Positions 20,501 to 30,288 of a stretch of 39,297 bases of DNA are shown here, piece by piece. The notes beneath the pieces are model-generated. The model saw nothing but the letters and a program-made list of their open reading frames with translations, ran no database searches and was not told the DNA's origin. The stretch lies in assembly GCA_019561615.1 (NCBI GenBank), contig JAHEQA010000046.1:1-39297 (forward strand), given 5' to 3'. The position numbers and the translations under genes were made by a program. Every line of letters begins with the position of its first letter. Position 1 is the first letter of the stretch. This stretch comes from Methanothermococcus sp. SCGC AD-155-E23. Its GTDB lineage: Archaea > AGJL01 > Methanococci > Methanococcales > Methanococcaceae.

Positions 20501-21166
20501 ATGACAGAGTACGACTTTAAAATAGAGCATAGACCAGCGTGCTCTCTACTGAAGGTATACCTGAAGGATCAGAGTATAATAGCAGAAACTGGTACCATGG
20601 TCTACATGTCCAAGGGTATTGAAATAGATACTGATATAAAGGGAGGTTTAATGGGGGCGTTAAAGAGGATGGTGGTAGGGGAGAGTCTCTTTTTAAATAG
20701 ATTTCATGGAACTGGTACCTTGGCCCTAGCTCCAAACTATGTAGGGGATATTGTCCATCACAGGTTGGACGGTACCCTCTATGTACAAAGTGGTGCCTAT
20801 CTAGCATCCTCACCTGATGTGGAGATTGATACTAAACTTGGAGACTTGAAGATGATATTTGGGGGGATGGGGCTCTTCCTTATGAAACTTGAGGGTAAGG
20901 GAGATGTGTTCCTCTCCTCCTTTGGAGCCCTTGAAACTATAGAGTTGGAGGATGAGGAGATTATAGTGGATAATGGAAACCTGGTAGGGTTTACAGAGGG
21001 TCTTGAATACTCCCTAAAGAGGGTGGGAGGTTTAAAAGCCGCCATCTTCAGTGGGGAAGACAGGGTATACGAGTTTAGAGGGACAGGTAAGATATTTATC
21101 CAGACGAGAAATATCTTGGAATTTGGAAGGTTCCTATCTGAGTATGTGGTTAACAAGAATCGTTAA
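20501..21166 (+). CDS. AIM24 / TIGR00266 family protein
   Basis: AETGTMVYM, GESLFLN, IVDNGNLVGF and G.G.IFIQTR repeat pattern; ATG 20501 preferred. Confidence 0.85.
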   Translation: MTEYDFKIEHRPACSLLKVYLKDQSIIAETGTMVYMSKGIEIDTDIKGGLMGALKRMVVGESLFLNRFHGTGTLALAPNYVGDIVHHRLDGTLYVQSGAYLASSPDVEIDTKLGDLKMIFGGMGLFLMKLEGKGDVFLSSFGALETIELEDEEIIVDNGNLVGFTEGLEYSLKRVGGLKAAIFSGEDRVYEFRGTGKIFIQTRNILEFGRFLSEYVVNKNR

Positions 21167-22007
21167 AAATCCTCATAAGATAGTTTCTGGCAAAACAGTT
21201 GTTACATCTAACCTTAAACATTTTAACATCTCCTCTGTTGATATTCCCTATATAGAAGTGGCCCTCTAAGGTGGGGCAGGGGTAGACATCTCCAACCTCG
21301 TTTACAAAGAGTAGATCTCCACTGTTGAGATAGCAGTATATATCTCCAGGTTTTCTCCTTAGATTCTTGATATAGATAGGTAGATCCCTTACCTTCTCAA
21401 GTATCCTTTTAAACTTTTCCTCCTCTGGTAGTAGAGGGAGATGTTCTCTTCTCTTAGGTTTTAACAGGTCGAAACTTATACTCCTTACCCCTATGGAGAG
21501 AAGGTAGTATAGTAGATCCAGAAGATGTGGAAGGTTTTTACTGGTAACTACAGTTGTAACTCCAAAGGGTATATTTTTCTCCCTCAGTAGATATATGCCC
21601 CTTAGTGTATCCAAGGTGGAGGGCCTACCGTCCCAGTAAGGTCTTAAGGTGGTGTCCCCAGGATCTACAGTGTCTAAACTTACACCTACTTTTATATCCA
21701 GCTCCTTAATCCTCTCGATGATCCCCTCCTCCAGTAGAGTTCCATTGGTTTGAAGGGCATAGGAGATACTTTTGTCAGGGTATCTATCCCTACAGTAGTC
21801 CACAACCCTCTCAATTAGTGGGAAGTTTAATAGAGGTTCTCCTCCAGTGAATTGGATCTTTACCCTCTCATCCCTCTCTAGGATATAGTCTATAGCATTC
21901 CTGGCAGTTTTAAACTCCATATCCCTCTTGCCCCTGTTACACTCCCTGTAGCAGTAGATGCAACGTAGATTACATTTGTTGGTTATCTTCAGTATTAGAA
22001 ACTTCAT
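21150..22007 (-). CDS. Radical SAM protein with short SPASM/twitch-like C terminus (anaerobic sulfatase maturase-like)
   Basis: CNLRCIYC, FTGGEPLL, QTNGTL, CY...GDVYPC. Confidence 0.85.
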   Translation of the reverse strand: MKFLILKITNKCNLRCIYCYRECNRGKRDMEFKTARNAIDYILERDERVKIQFTGGEPLLNFPLIERVVDYCRDRYPDKSISYALQTNGTLLEEGIIERIKELDIKVGVSLDTVDPGDTTLRPYWDGRPSTLDTLRGIYLLREKNIPFGVTTVVTSKNLPHLLDLLYYLLSIGVRSISFDLLKPKRREHLPLLPEEEKFKRILEKVRDLPIYIKNLRRKPGDIYCYLNSGDLLFVNEVGDVYPCPTLEGHFYIGNINRGDVKMFKVRCNNCFARNYLMRIFNDSC

Positions 22008-22011
22008 CTTA

Positions 22012-22695
22012 TCAATCCCTGTACCTTTCAATTATCTCCCTTAGGTTAAAGGTACCCCTGTGTATCCCTGTACCTATTAGCACACCTTGAATACCCATAT
22101 AATAGCACCTCTCAAGATCCCCCTCATCCCTTACCCCTCCACCTACATACAGGGGGTTATCCACCTCTCCCCTCACCTCCTCCACTAACTTCCAATTTAT
22201 ACCCCTTTGACTACCTACAGAGGATATATCCAGTAGTATTACAGGGGTGGACCTGTTCAACCCTCCCAGTATCTCCTCCAAGGTATATCCCCTAGGACTT
22301 AGTAGTCTACCATTCTTAAAATCTAGGCTAAGTACTACATCCCTCTCTCCCAGTAGATCTAGATCCTCTAAGGTTTCCGTTCCAAGGACGATCTTATCAC
22401 ATATATTTAGGGATCTCAGGTTTTCAAATTCCAACCTAGAGGTGACACCTCCATCTAGTATCTTGTACCCCTCTATCCTCCCAATTAAATGGAAGTTGTT
22501 ACCCCTCTTCATTATGGCGTCTAAGTCTGCTATGTATATCTTCTCTGCCCCCTCTTCCCTGTATCTCCTTGCCACCTCTAAAGGATCTGAGGAGTTACAT
22601 AACACTGTTTTTAAGGGTTTGTAATTCTCCCTGTCTCCACCTCTACCATGGACAGCTATGCCATCCATTATATCCAGCACAGGTATTATCTCCAT
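22012..22695 (-). CDS. HisA/HisF-related TIM-barrel protein
   Basis: IIPVLDIMDG.AVHG, YIADLDAI, LDISSVGS, VGGGVR, IGTG. Confidence 0.85.
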   Translation of the reverse strand: MEIIPVLDIMDGIAVHGRGGDRENYKPLKTVLCNSSDPLEVARRYREEGAEKIYIADLDAIMKRGNNFHLIGRIEGYKILDGGVTSRLEFENLRSLNICDKIVLGTETLEDLDLLGERDVVLSLDFKNGRLLSPRGYTLEEILGGLNRSTPVILLDISSVGSQRGINWKLVEEVRGEVDNPLYVGGGVRDEGDLERCYYMGIQGVLIGTGIHRGTFNLREIIERYRD

Positions 22696-22764
22696 ACTAT
22701 CCCAGTTATTTTTATATCCATTGATCTAATTCCAAAGATAATTAAAATAATTTAGGTGGCAGTG

Positions 22765-24168
22765 ATGGTGAAGAACGTAAACATAGGTATATTTGGACAT
22801 ATAGATCATGGGAAGACCACCTTGGCAAAGGTTCTAACAGAGGTGCCTTCAACATCCTCCCTTGATAGACTACCAGAATCTAAGAGGAGGGGTATTACTA
22901 TAGATCTTGGATTCTCCTTCTTTCACCTGGGGGATTATCTTATCACCCTGGTAGATGCCCCTGGACATGCAGATCTTATAAGGGCGGTAGTTGGCGCGGC
23001 AGAGATTATAGATCTTGCCCTCCTGGTAGTAGATGCCAAGGAGGGACCTAAGACTCAAACTGGAGAGCACCTCCTAATACTGGACTACTTCAATATACCA
23101 ACTATAGTGGTTATAAACAAGATAGATATAGCCTCTCAGGAGGAGGTGGAGAGAACTGAAAAGTTTATGAGGGCCATACTTAACTCCACGGAGAATTTAA
23201 GGGATAGTAGGATAGTGAAGATATCTGCAAAGGAGGGTATTGGAATAGAGGAGTTGAAGGATACTATAAGGGAGATGTTGGAAAATATGGAGATAGTTAG
23301 GAATACAGAGGACTTCTTTAAGATGCCTATAGATCACGCCTTTCCAATAAAGGGTATTGGTACAGTTGTTACAGGTACTGTACTTAAGGGAAAGGTGAGG
23401 GTAGGGGATGAGTTGAAGGTACTGCCACTGGAGAGTACTGTAAAGGTTAAAAGTATTCAAAGGTGTAAGGAGGATGTAGAGGAGGCCTCTGCAGGGGATA
23501 GGATAGGTATGGCTCTTCAGGGGGTAGATGCAAAGGAGTTATTTAGGGGATGTGTCCTCACCTCCCTGGATACCAGGTTGAAGGTTGTAGATAGTGTAGT
23601 GGCTAGGGTGGAGATATCCCCTCTATTTAAGTACCCCCTGAAACCTAGGATGAGGGTACACCTGAATATAGGGATGCTGGTAGTACCTGCAAGGATGATA
23701 CCCTTTAAAAGGGTGGAGATAGATGGGCGTATGGAGAACATTATACTAAGGGAGGTTAAAGGAGGTGAGGAGTGCTACTGTGTATTTCAACTGGAGGAGA
23801 GGGCTGTGGCAGAGGTGGGGGAGGATATACTTATAACCAGGTTGGATCTGCCACCAACAACCTTAAGGATATGTGGTAAGGGGGAGATAGTAGATTTCAG
23901 GGGAATAGAGGAGTTGAATATTAAGAGGGTAGTCTCCAAGGTGGGAAGGATAAAGGTGGATAGAAGTAGGATACTTGTTGTAGGCCTGACCAACTCTAAA
24001 GAGGAGGCTGAAAGACTTATTGGACAGGAGATAGAGATACCTGAAAAAAATATCAGGGGAAGGTTAAAGGGTACCTTTGGAACTAAGGGTTATCTAGTGG
24101 CAGAGTTTGATGGGGAGGTGGAGAATAGGGATGAGGTACTCCTGAGGAGGTTGATAAGGTGGAGGTGA
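22765..24168 (+). CDS. selB: Selenocysteine-specific translation elongation factor SelB
   Basis: GHIDHGKT, RGITIDLGF, DAPGH, NKID, archaeal TLRICG and C-terminal domain IV; alternative GTG start at 22756. Confidence 0.93.
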   Translation: MVKNVNIGIFGHIDHGKTTLAKVLTEVPSTSSLDRLPESKRRGITIDLGFSFFHLGDYLITLVDAPGHADLIRAVVGAAEIIDLALLVVDAKEGPKTQTGEHLLILDYFNIPTIVVINKIDIASQEEVERTEKFMRAILNSTENLRDSRIVKISAKEGIGIEELKDTIREMLENMEIVRNTEDFFKMPIDHAFPIKGIGTVVTGTVLKGKVRVGDELKVLPLESTVKVKSIQRCKEDVEEASAGDRIGMALQGVDAKELFRGCVLTSLDTRLKVVDSVVARVEISPLFKYPLKPRMRVHLNIGMLVVPARMIPFKRVEIDGRMENIILREVKGGEECYCVFQLEERAVAEVGEDILITRLDLPPTTLRICGKGEIVDFRGIEELNIKRVVSKVGRIKVDRSRILVVGLTNSKEEAERLIGQEIEIPEKNIRGRLKGTFGTKGYLVAEFDGEVENRDEVLLRRLIRWR

Positions 24169-25139
24169 AGAAGGGGAGATTGATTGAAACACCCTCTAAG
24201 GTTATACTCTTTGGAGAACATGCAGTAGTTGAGGGTTACGGTGCCATCTCCATGGCTGTAGATCTTAAAACTAGGGGAAGGATCTCCAGTGGTGGGAGGG
24301 AGATAGTTGTAGATCTGAAGAACCTGGGGAAATCCCTCACCTTGGATATAGAGGACATTCCCAGGTTAAACCTAGGGGCTTACGACAGTAGTGTAAGATA
24401 TGTCCTATGTGCCCTTAAATCTACAATGAATTACTTGAGAGAAAAAGGGTATGGGGATTTTAAGCCATTTAAGTTGGAGATATCTTCTAATATCCCTGTA
24501 AGTTGTGGGTTGGGATCCTCTGCCTCTGTGGTAGTAACTACTGTAAGGTCTTTCCTATCTGCCAACAACATCCACCTCTCAAGGGGGGAGTTATGTAGGA
24601 TATGTTTCTCCGTTGAGAAGGAGGTGCAGGGGAGGGCCAGTATTACAGATACTGCAACAGTTATCTACAACAGTGTCTTGAAAATTAAGAATACTAATAA
24701 TTTTGAGGTTTTGGAGGGTACTAAACTTTACAACCTACTAAAGGACTGTCAATTCCTAGTGGTTCACGTTGAGAGGAGGAAGAAGAAAACTGCTGAACTT
24801 GTTAAGGAGGTTGCGAGACATCCTAGGAAGGAGGAGATATTTAGATCCATAGGGGAGATAGTGGATCTAGTTGAGGGGGTATCTACAGAGGAGGAGTTAG
24901 GAGAGTTGATGGTAAAAAACCATGAGTTACTTAGGGATCTGGGGGTCTCCACCAGGAAGATAGATAGGGTTGTGGAGTTAGGTAGTAGGTATGGATACGG
25001 TGCAAAACTCTCAGGTGCAGGTGGTGGAGGTGTTGTTGTAATACTCGTTGAGGAGGATAGGAGGGAGAAACTTTTAAAGTCTCTAAGGGAGTTGAAGGTT
25101 TTGGATATATTCCAGTGCAAGGTAGGTGTGAAGTCATAG
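24159..25139 (+). CDS. mvk: Mevalonate kinase
   Basis: PSKVILFGEHAVV, PVSCGLGSSA, KLSGAGGGG GHMP motifs. Confidence 0.93.
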   Translation: MEVKKGRLIETPSKVILFGEHAVVEGYGAISMAVDLKTRGRISSGGREIVVDLKNLGKSLTLDIEDIPRLNLGAYDSSVRYVLCALKSTMNYLREKGYGDFKPFKLEISSNIPVSCGLGSSASVVVTTVRSFLSANNIHLSRGELCRICFSVEKEVQGRASITDTATVIYNSVLKIKNTNNFEVLEGTKLYNLLKDCQFLVVHVERRKKKTAELVKEVARHPRKEEIFRSIGEIVDLVEGVSTEEELGELMVKNHELLRDLGVSTRKIDRVVELGSRYGYGAKLSGAGGGGVVVILVEEDRREKLLKSLRELKVLDIFQCKVGVKS

Positions 25140-25808
25140 AAACATATCACTTAATATCCTCTCAGTTTTACCTATCCTAACGATCTCTCCTTTCTCCATA
25201 TGGACCATCCTATTTGAGAGCCTCCTAGCCTGGAGGAAATCGTGAGTTGTAAAAATCACAGTTTTTCCCCTCTTTATCAATCCCCTTATAGCACCCTCCA
25301 CCACTTTAATATTCTCTATATCTAAGTTGGAGGTAGGTTCGTCAAAGACGTATACATCTAGATCTAAAACCAGGGCCCTTGCCACGGCAACCCTCTGCTT
25401 CTCCCCACCACTTAACTTCCTGGCACTTCTATCTTTCAACTCCAAGATCCCAAGGGATTCCAACATCTCCTCCACCCTCTCCTGAATATAACTTTTACTA
25501 TACCCCCTGATTTTTAAACCGTAGGCCACATTCTCAAAGACTGTGCCTCTAAACATTACAGGATGCTGAAAAACCATGGTTATACATTTCCTTACCCTCC
25601 CTGGATCCCTCTTAACATCTATGCCCTTAAAGGTATAAACACCTCTGAAGTCAGTATCTAAGGCAGATATTATCTTAAGCAAGGTAGTTTTTCCAGCTCC
25701 ACTGTGTCCTAAAATTGCCAGGGCCTCCCCCTCCTTCACCTCCAAGTTAACATCCCTAAGAGCCACCTTATCCCCAAAGGTCTTAGAAACCTCCCTGAGA
25801 AGTATCAT
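25134..25808 (-). CDS. tupC: Tungstate ABC transporter ATPase
   Basis: GHSGAGKT, LSGGEKQR, DEPT; operon with tupAB. Confidence 0.85.
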   Translation of the reverse strand: MILLREVSKTFGDKVALRDVNLEVKEGEALAILGHSGAGKTTLLKIISALDTDFRGVYTFKGIDVKRDPGRVRKCITMVFQHPVMFRGTVFENVAYGLKIRGYSKSYIQERVEEMLESLGILELKDRSARKLSGGEKQRVAVARALVLDLDVYVFDEPTSNLDIENIKVVEGAIRGLIKRGKTVIFTTHDFLQARRLSNRMVHMEKGEIVRIGKTERILSDMFL

Positions 25809-26524
25809 GCCTCAACCCACCTTCTCTGTATATAGTTAACTATCATGGATACAAGGTAGACCAGGGAGAGGAGTATAATGCCCAGTGCAATTGCCATACT
25901 TATCTCCCCCCTGGTAACGTACATCTGGATGGCGGTGGTCAACACCCTTGTATTCATCTCCCCTCCTTTTATGAAGATGTTCCCCCCTACCATGAGGGCC
26001 ACTCCAAGTTCTGCAATGGCCCTGTTAAATGCCATTATCAAAGACAGTAGTATGCCAGGGGAGGCCTCTTCAATGATCTTTAACATCATCTGGCTTTCAT
26101 CTGCTCCCAGGGTTAAGGCCAGGTACCTTATATCCTCCTCTATACTCTCTATGGAGTTTACAGTGACACTTACCACGATAGGTAGAATTAGTATCATCTG
26201 ACCTAGGCTTATACCGGTAGTTGTGTAAAGTAGATTTAGAAATCCCAAAGGTCCAGCAGGTGCTAAAAAGAGATAGAGAATAAGTCCAAGTACTACGGTG
26301 GGAATACCCATCAACCCGTTAAAGATGGACTTTACAAACTCCTTGCCCTTAAAGTCTGAGAGCCCTAGAAGAACCCCTATGGGAACACCTATCAAGCCGG
26401 CGTAGAGGGTAGCCAACCCAGATACCTTTATACTTCGAAGGAGTATGTCGTAAAGTTCTGGATTTCCACTGATTATAAGTTTAAAGGCTTCAAGAAGCCC
26501 CTCAAATATATAGTCCCAGGCCAT
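25805..26524 (-). CDS. tupB: Tungstate ABC transporter permease
   Basis: MGIPTVVLGL, RAIAELG...VGGNI, TRVLTTAI. Confidence 0.88.
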   Translation of the reverse strand: MAWDYIFEGLLEAFKLIISGNPELYDILLRSIKVSGLATLYAGLIGVPIGVLLGLSDFKGKEFVKSIFNGLMGIPTVVLGLILYLFLAPAGPLGFLNLLYTTTGISLGQMILILPIVVSVTVNSIESIEEDIRYLALTLGADESQMMLKIIEEASPGILLSLIMAFNRAIAELGVALMVGGNIFIKGGEMNTRVLTTAIQMYVTRGEISMAIALGIILLSLVYLVSMIVNYIQRRWVEA

Positions 26525-26525
26525 G

Positions 26526-27545
26526 CTACCTCTCTAGAATGTTTTTAACATCCTCCTTCCTAAACTCAAAGAAGGTGAGATCCTCCCCGTATCTAAACCT
26601 CTTTGGACACTCAGTTAGGACCTCTCCATCCTCTATAAATCCATACTTTAATATCCAGGTGAAGAGGGGCTCCTCCCTCTTTTCAAGTACCTCTACAATA
26701 GGATGAAATAGAGGCTTTCCAAACTCCTCCCTCCCAAATTCCCCCATTACCCTCTGTCCCTCCTCTCCAGTTAGCCACTTGGCCAGGAAAATAGCATCTT
26801 TGTAATTTTTTCTATACTTCTCAGGATTTATCACTATAATACTGTAGATGTTTATCATCTCACTACCTTTATCCACAAGAACATCCAGGTTATTCACAAT
26901 ACCCTCCCCACTGTACTTGAGATAGGTTGCCCTATCTGAGAGGGTATAACCACCCTTGGCATCAGTTATCTTAAGGGTCTCACCCATTCCAGACCCTGTC
27001 CTGTATACCCATCCCTCATTTTTTATCTCTGAGTAGTTGTAACCTGCCAACCTCCAGAGGTTTATCTCCTTGGTGTTAGTCCCTGAACCGTCATCCCTTG
27101 TAACCCATATTGCCCTACCTTCCCTCCCAGCCTCTGCAATCCTCTTAAGGGCTTCAACTGGTGGAAGTCCCCTAATACCTACAGGATCATCCTTGGGACC
27201 TACTATGACGAAGAAGTTGTATGCAAAGACCTTTCTATTTACCCCGTAACCCTCCTCCATAAACTTCAACTCCTTACTCCTGGCATGTACTATGATGGCA
27301 TCACATACTCCATTTTTAGCATCCTCAATAGCTGCTCCAGTTCCCTTTGGAATAAACCTTAACTCTATGTTGTACTCCCTCTTGAATATCTCTCCTATGA
27401 TATCTAAGAGTCCAGTGTCGTATAGACTTGTTGTTGTGGAGATTGTAAGGTGTCTAACTCTACTCTGGGTTTGATAGTTGTAGAGGAGAAGACCCCCTGT
27501 AATTAGTATTACCACCCCCAATACCACAAGGATAACTCTCTTCAT
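26526..27545 (-). CDS. tupA: Tungstate ABC transporter substrate-binding protein
   Basis: N-terminal membrane anchor, TTTS signature, GTG.A, VHA, RDDGSGT. Confidence 0.9.
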   Translation of the reverse strand: MKRVILVVLGVVILITGGLLLYNYQTQSRVRHLTISTTTSLYDTGLLDIIGEIFKREYNIELRFIPKGTGAAIEDAKNGVCDAIIVHARSKELKFMEEGYGVNRKVFAYNFFVIVGPKDDPVGIRGLPPVEALKRIAEAGREGRAIWVTRDDGSGTNTKEINLWRLAGYNYSEIKNEGWVYRTGSGMGETLKITDAKGGYTLSDRATYLKYSGEGIVNNLDVLVDKGSEMINIYSIIVINPEKYRKNYKDAIFLAKWLTGEEGQRVMGEFGREEFGKPLFHPIVEVLEKREEPLFTWILKYGFIEDGEVLTECPKRFRYGEDLTFFEFRKEDVKNILER

Positions 27546-27569
27546 ACTATCCCTCGTTAATCAAATTTA

Positions 27570-27593
27570 ATTAACTTTATTATAAAAGTTAAT
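27570..27593. promoter_or_regulatory. Palindrome upstream of tupABC (candidate operator)
   Basis: ATTAACTTT-N6-AAAGTTAAT perfect 9-bp inverted arms, 24 nt from the tupA start. Confidence 0.45.
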
Positions 27594-27653
27594 GCTATTT
27601 ATAGATGTCATACTGGATCTTAATAGAAAAATTTAAAATCGGTGTTAAAGTCG

Positions 27654-27703
27654 CACTGAAAATAGAGGAATCTAGACGAAATACGGATAATTAAATTAAT
27701 ATA
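27654..27703 (+). promoter_or_regulatory. fprA promoter with candidate tandem Ptr2-type upstream sites
   Basis: CACTGAAAATAGAGG (27654-27668) and AGACGAAATACGGAT (27674-27688), 20 nt apart, just upstream of TTAATATA (27696-27703). Confidence 0.4.
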
Positions 27704-27751
27704 GATGGAAGAGAATAAAGTTAACTGTAAAAGAGCCCCAAAGGTGATAAA

Positions 27752-28981
27752 GTGAAGGCAGACGCCGTCAAGATAGCAGATGGAGTATACTGGGTAGGGG
27801 TATTGGACTGGGACATCAGGAAGTACCATGGATACACCTTGAAGGGTACCACCTACAACGCATACCTAGTATTTGGAGATGAGAAGGTTGCCATAATAGA
27901 TAACACATACCCAGGGACCTCTGCCCAGATGTGGGGGAGAATCAAGGACGCCTTTGAGAAGGAGGGTAGGGAGTTCAAAATAGATGTAATTGTACAGAAC
28001 CACGTAGAGAAGGACCACTCTGGAGCACTGCCAGAGATCCACAAGAAGTTCCCAGAGGCACCAATCTACTGTACAGAGGTTGCAATTGAGGGGTTGAAGA
28101 AACACTATCCATCCTTAAAGGATGCACCATTTAAGGCTGTAAAGTCCCTGGATAGTGTAGACCTTGGAGGTAAGACCCTTACATTCCTGGAGGCACCCCT
28201 TCTCCACTGGCCAGACAGTATGTTCACCTTCTACAACGAAGGGGGAATACTCTTCCCAAATGATGCCTTTGGTCAGCACCTCTGCTATCCAGCACATATG
28301 AGGTTTGACAAGGACATCCCAGAGTACGTTCTCATGGATGCAAACAAGAAGTTCTACGCAAACCTCATTACACCACTCTCCAAGTTGGTACTTAAGAAGT
28401 TTAAAGAGGTTACTGACCTAGGTCTCTTGGAGAAGATAAAGATGATAGCTCCATCCCATGGACAGATATGGACAGAGCCAATGAAGGTAATAGAGGCCTA
28501 CCAGAACTTTGCCACTGGTAAGTGTAAGGACAAGGCTACAATAGTATACGATACAATGCACTACTCCACCCAGAAGATGGCTCACGCCTTTGCAGAGGGC
28601 CTTATGAGTGAAGGTATAGAGGTAGTGATGTACTACCTCCACGAGGACGAGAGAAGTGAAATTGTCAAGGACATCTTGGACAGTAAGGCAGTACTCTTTG
28701 GAGCACCAACAATCTACGATGAGCCATACCCATCCCTGGGAGACCTGATATACTACCTGAGAGGGTTGAAGTTCCAGAGAACAGGGTTGAAGAGATTATC
28801 CATAGTCTTTGGATCCATGGGAGGTAACGGTGGAGGAGTAGAGATACTGAAGAAGGAAGTGGAGGCCTGTGGCTTCAACGTCGTGGATACCTACGAGTTG
28901 TACTACGTCCCAACTGAGGAGGAGTTGGAGAAGTGTTACAACATGGGTAAGAGACTAGCTGCTAAGATAAAAGAGATGTAA
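27752..28981 (+). CDS. fprA: F420H2 oxidase, flavodiiron protein FprA
   Basis: HVEKDH, LHWPD, NDAFGQH and PSHG diiron ligands plus flavodoxin domain (TMHYST). Confidence 0.93.
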   Translation: MKADAVKIADGVYWVGVLDWDIRKYHGYTLKGTTYNAYLVFGDEKVAIIDNTYPGTSAQMWGRIKDAFEKEGREFKIDVIVQNHVEKDHSGALPEIHKKFPEAPIYCTEVAIEGLKKHYPSLKDAPFKAVKSLDSVDLGGKTLTFLEAPLLHWPDSMFTFYNEGGILFPNDAFGQHLCYPAHMRFDKDIPEYVLMDANKKFYANLITPLSKLVLKKFKEVTDLGLLEKIKMIAPSHGQIWTEPMKVIEAYQNFATGKCKDKATIVYDTMHYSTQKMAHAFAEGLMSEGIEVVMYYLHEDERSEIVKDILDSKAVLFGAPTIYDEPYPSLGDLIYYLRGLKFQRTGLKRLSIVFGSMGGNGGGVEILKKEVEACGFNVVDTYELYYVPTEEELEKCYNMGKRLAAKIKEM

Positions 28982-28982
28982 A

Positions 28983-29001
28983 ATCCCCTTAACCTTTTTT
29001 T
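28983..29001 (+). terminator. Oligo-T terminator after fprA
   Basis: Pyrimidine-rich ATCCCCTTAACCTTTTTTT immediately after the stop codon. Confidence 0.45.
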
Positions 29002-29131
29002 AATATTTAATTTAAGATACTCTAATATCTATTAAAATTTTTAATCATTCATTAACACTATTTTTAAGCTATCAACTATTTATCCCACCTTATCCTATCT
29101 ATTTTGAGATAAAATTGCTTAGGGGATTGAC

Positions 29132-29575
29132 GTGGAGATAATAAAATGGTCCAAAGATCTAGAGACTGGTGTAGAGGCATTTGACGAGGAACACAAGGTA
29201 CTTATAAAGACCATAAACCAGGTATACTCCTTCATGAGGGAGGGGAAGAAGGAGGAGGCTAAAAAGGTACTTATAGATAAGGTAGTTGCCTATGCAGATA
29301 AGCACTTTAAGCATGAAGAGGAGGTTATGGAGAGGTACAACTATCCAAAGGATAGGTTAGAAGGTCATAAAAAGATGCATAACTTCTTTGTCAAATACCT
29401 TATAAAGACACTACTGCCAAAGATTGAGAGAGGGGATGACAAGAAGTTTAACGAGGCCCTAAATTTCATAGTTGGATGGTTAATTATGCACATAAAGAAT
29501 ATGGATGCAAAGGGATATGGTAAGTGGTTCAGGGAGAAGGGTATAAAGGTACCTGACAAGATGGTGGAGATATAG
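29132..29575 (+). CDS. Bacteriohemerythrin-like single-domain hemerythrin
   Basis: W...L.TG...FD.EH, HFKHEE, HKKMH and WL..HI...D: full diiron ligand set. Confidence 0.92.
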   Translation: MEIIKWSKDLETGVEAFDEEHKVLIKTINQVYSFMREGKKEEAKKVLIDKVVAYADKHFKHEEEVMERYNYPKDRLEGHKKMHNFFVKYLIKTLLPKIERGDDKKFNEALNFIVGWLIMHIKNMDAKGYGKWFREKGIKVPDKMVEI

Positions 29576-29998
29576 TTACTTCAACTGTTCCAGTATTATT
29601 GCAGGGCATGCCTTCTTTATACCCTTTATCTTAGCTAACTTGTCAAAGAGTATCTCAGATAACTCCTGACCATCTCTCGCCCAGATCTCAGTCATGATCA
29701 TATGGTCGCCAGTGGAGGTCCATACCTTTTTTACCTCATCAAATTCACAGAGTTTCTTTGCAACTGAGAGGAAGTCCTCTGGATTGGTATCAAATCCTGT
29801 CAATGCAACTACGTTATATCCAATTTTAGTGGGATCTATCTCTGCCCTGTATCCCTTAATAATACCCTCCTCTTCCATTCTTTTAATTCTCTTTCTCACG
29901 GAACTCTCACTTGTATTCAGTATCTTTGCAATCTCTCTGTAGGATTTTCTACCGTCCTTCATCAGTATTTCAAGTATCTTCATGTCCTTTTCATCCAT
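29576..29998 (-). CDS. ptr2: Lrp/AsnC transcription regulator Ptr2
   Basis: HTH (DGRKSY..IA..L.TSES..RKR), [16 protein letters not shown] and CPAIILEQ as recalled for Methanococcales Ptr2; divergent from a ferredoxin gene. Confidence 0.85.
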   Translation of the reverse strand: MDEKDMKILEILMKDGRKSYREIAKILNTSESSVRKRIKRMEEEGIIKGYRAEIDPTKIGYNVVALTGFDTNPEDFLSVAKKLCEFDEVKKVWTSTGDHMIMTEIWARDGQELSEILFDKLAKIKGIKKACPAIILEQLK

Positions 29999-30075
29999 AC
30001 TACCACGGTGACTTAATATAGTTTAAATAAAAAAATCCCACAATTATTTATAAATTTTTTACCTCAGGTGATACC

Positions 30076-30279
30076 TTGGTGGTGAAGATAGTGGTAGACA
30101 GGGAGAAATGTATAGGATGTGGAAGATGTTACGAGGTATGTCCAAAGGGTCCATTGATATGGAGGGTAGATGAGAGCAATAAGTACTACGCCTACGATAC
30201 AAGGTACTGTCACAACTGTAAGTTATGTACAGCTAGATGCCCTACTAACGCCATCTCTATAATCAAGGAGGGAGTTTAG
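30076..30279 (+). CDS. 2[4Fe-4S] ferredoxin
   Basis: CIGCGRCYEVCP and CHNCKLCTARCP. Confidence 0.92.
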   Translation: MVVKIVVDREKCIGCGRCYEVCPKGPLIWRVDESNKYYAYDTRYCHNCKLCTARCPTNAISIIKEGV

Positions 30280-30288
30280 TGATAGGCT

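Noticed and set aside
24159-24168. TGA stops of selB and hcgC as Sec codons
   Set aside because: Both proteins appear complete at these stops, and the next gene starts immediately.
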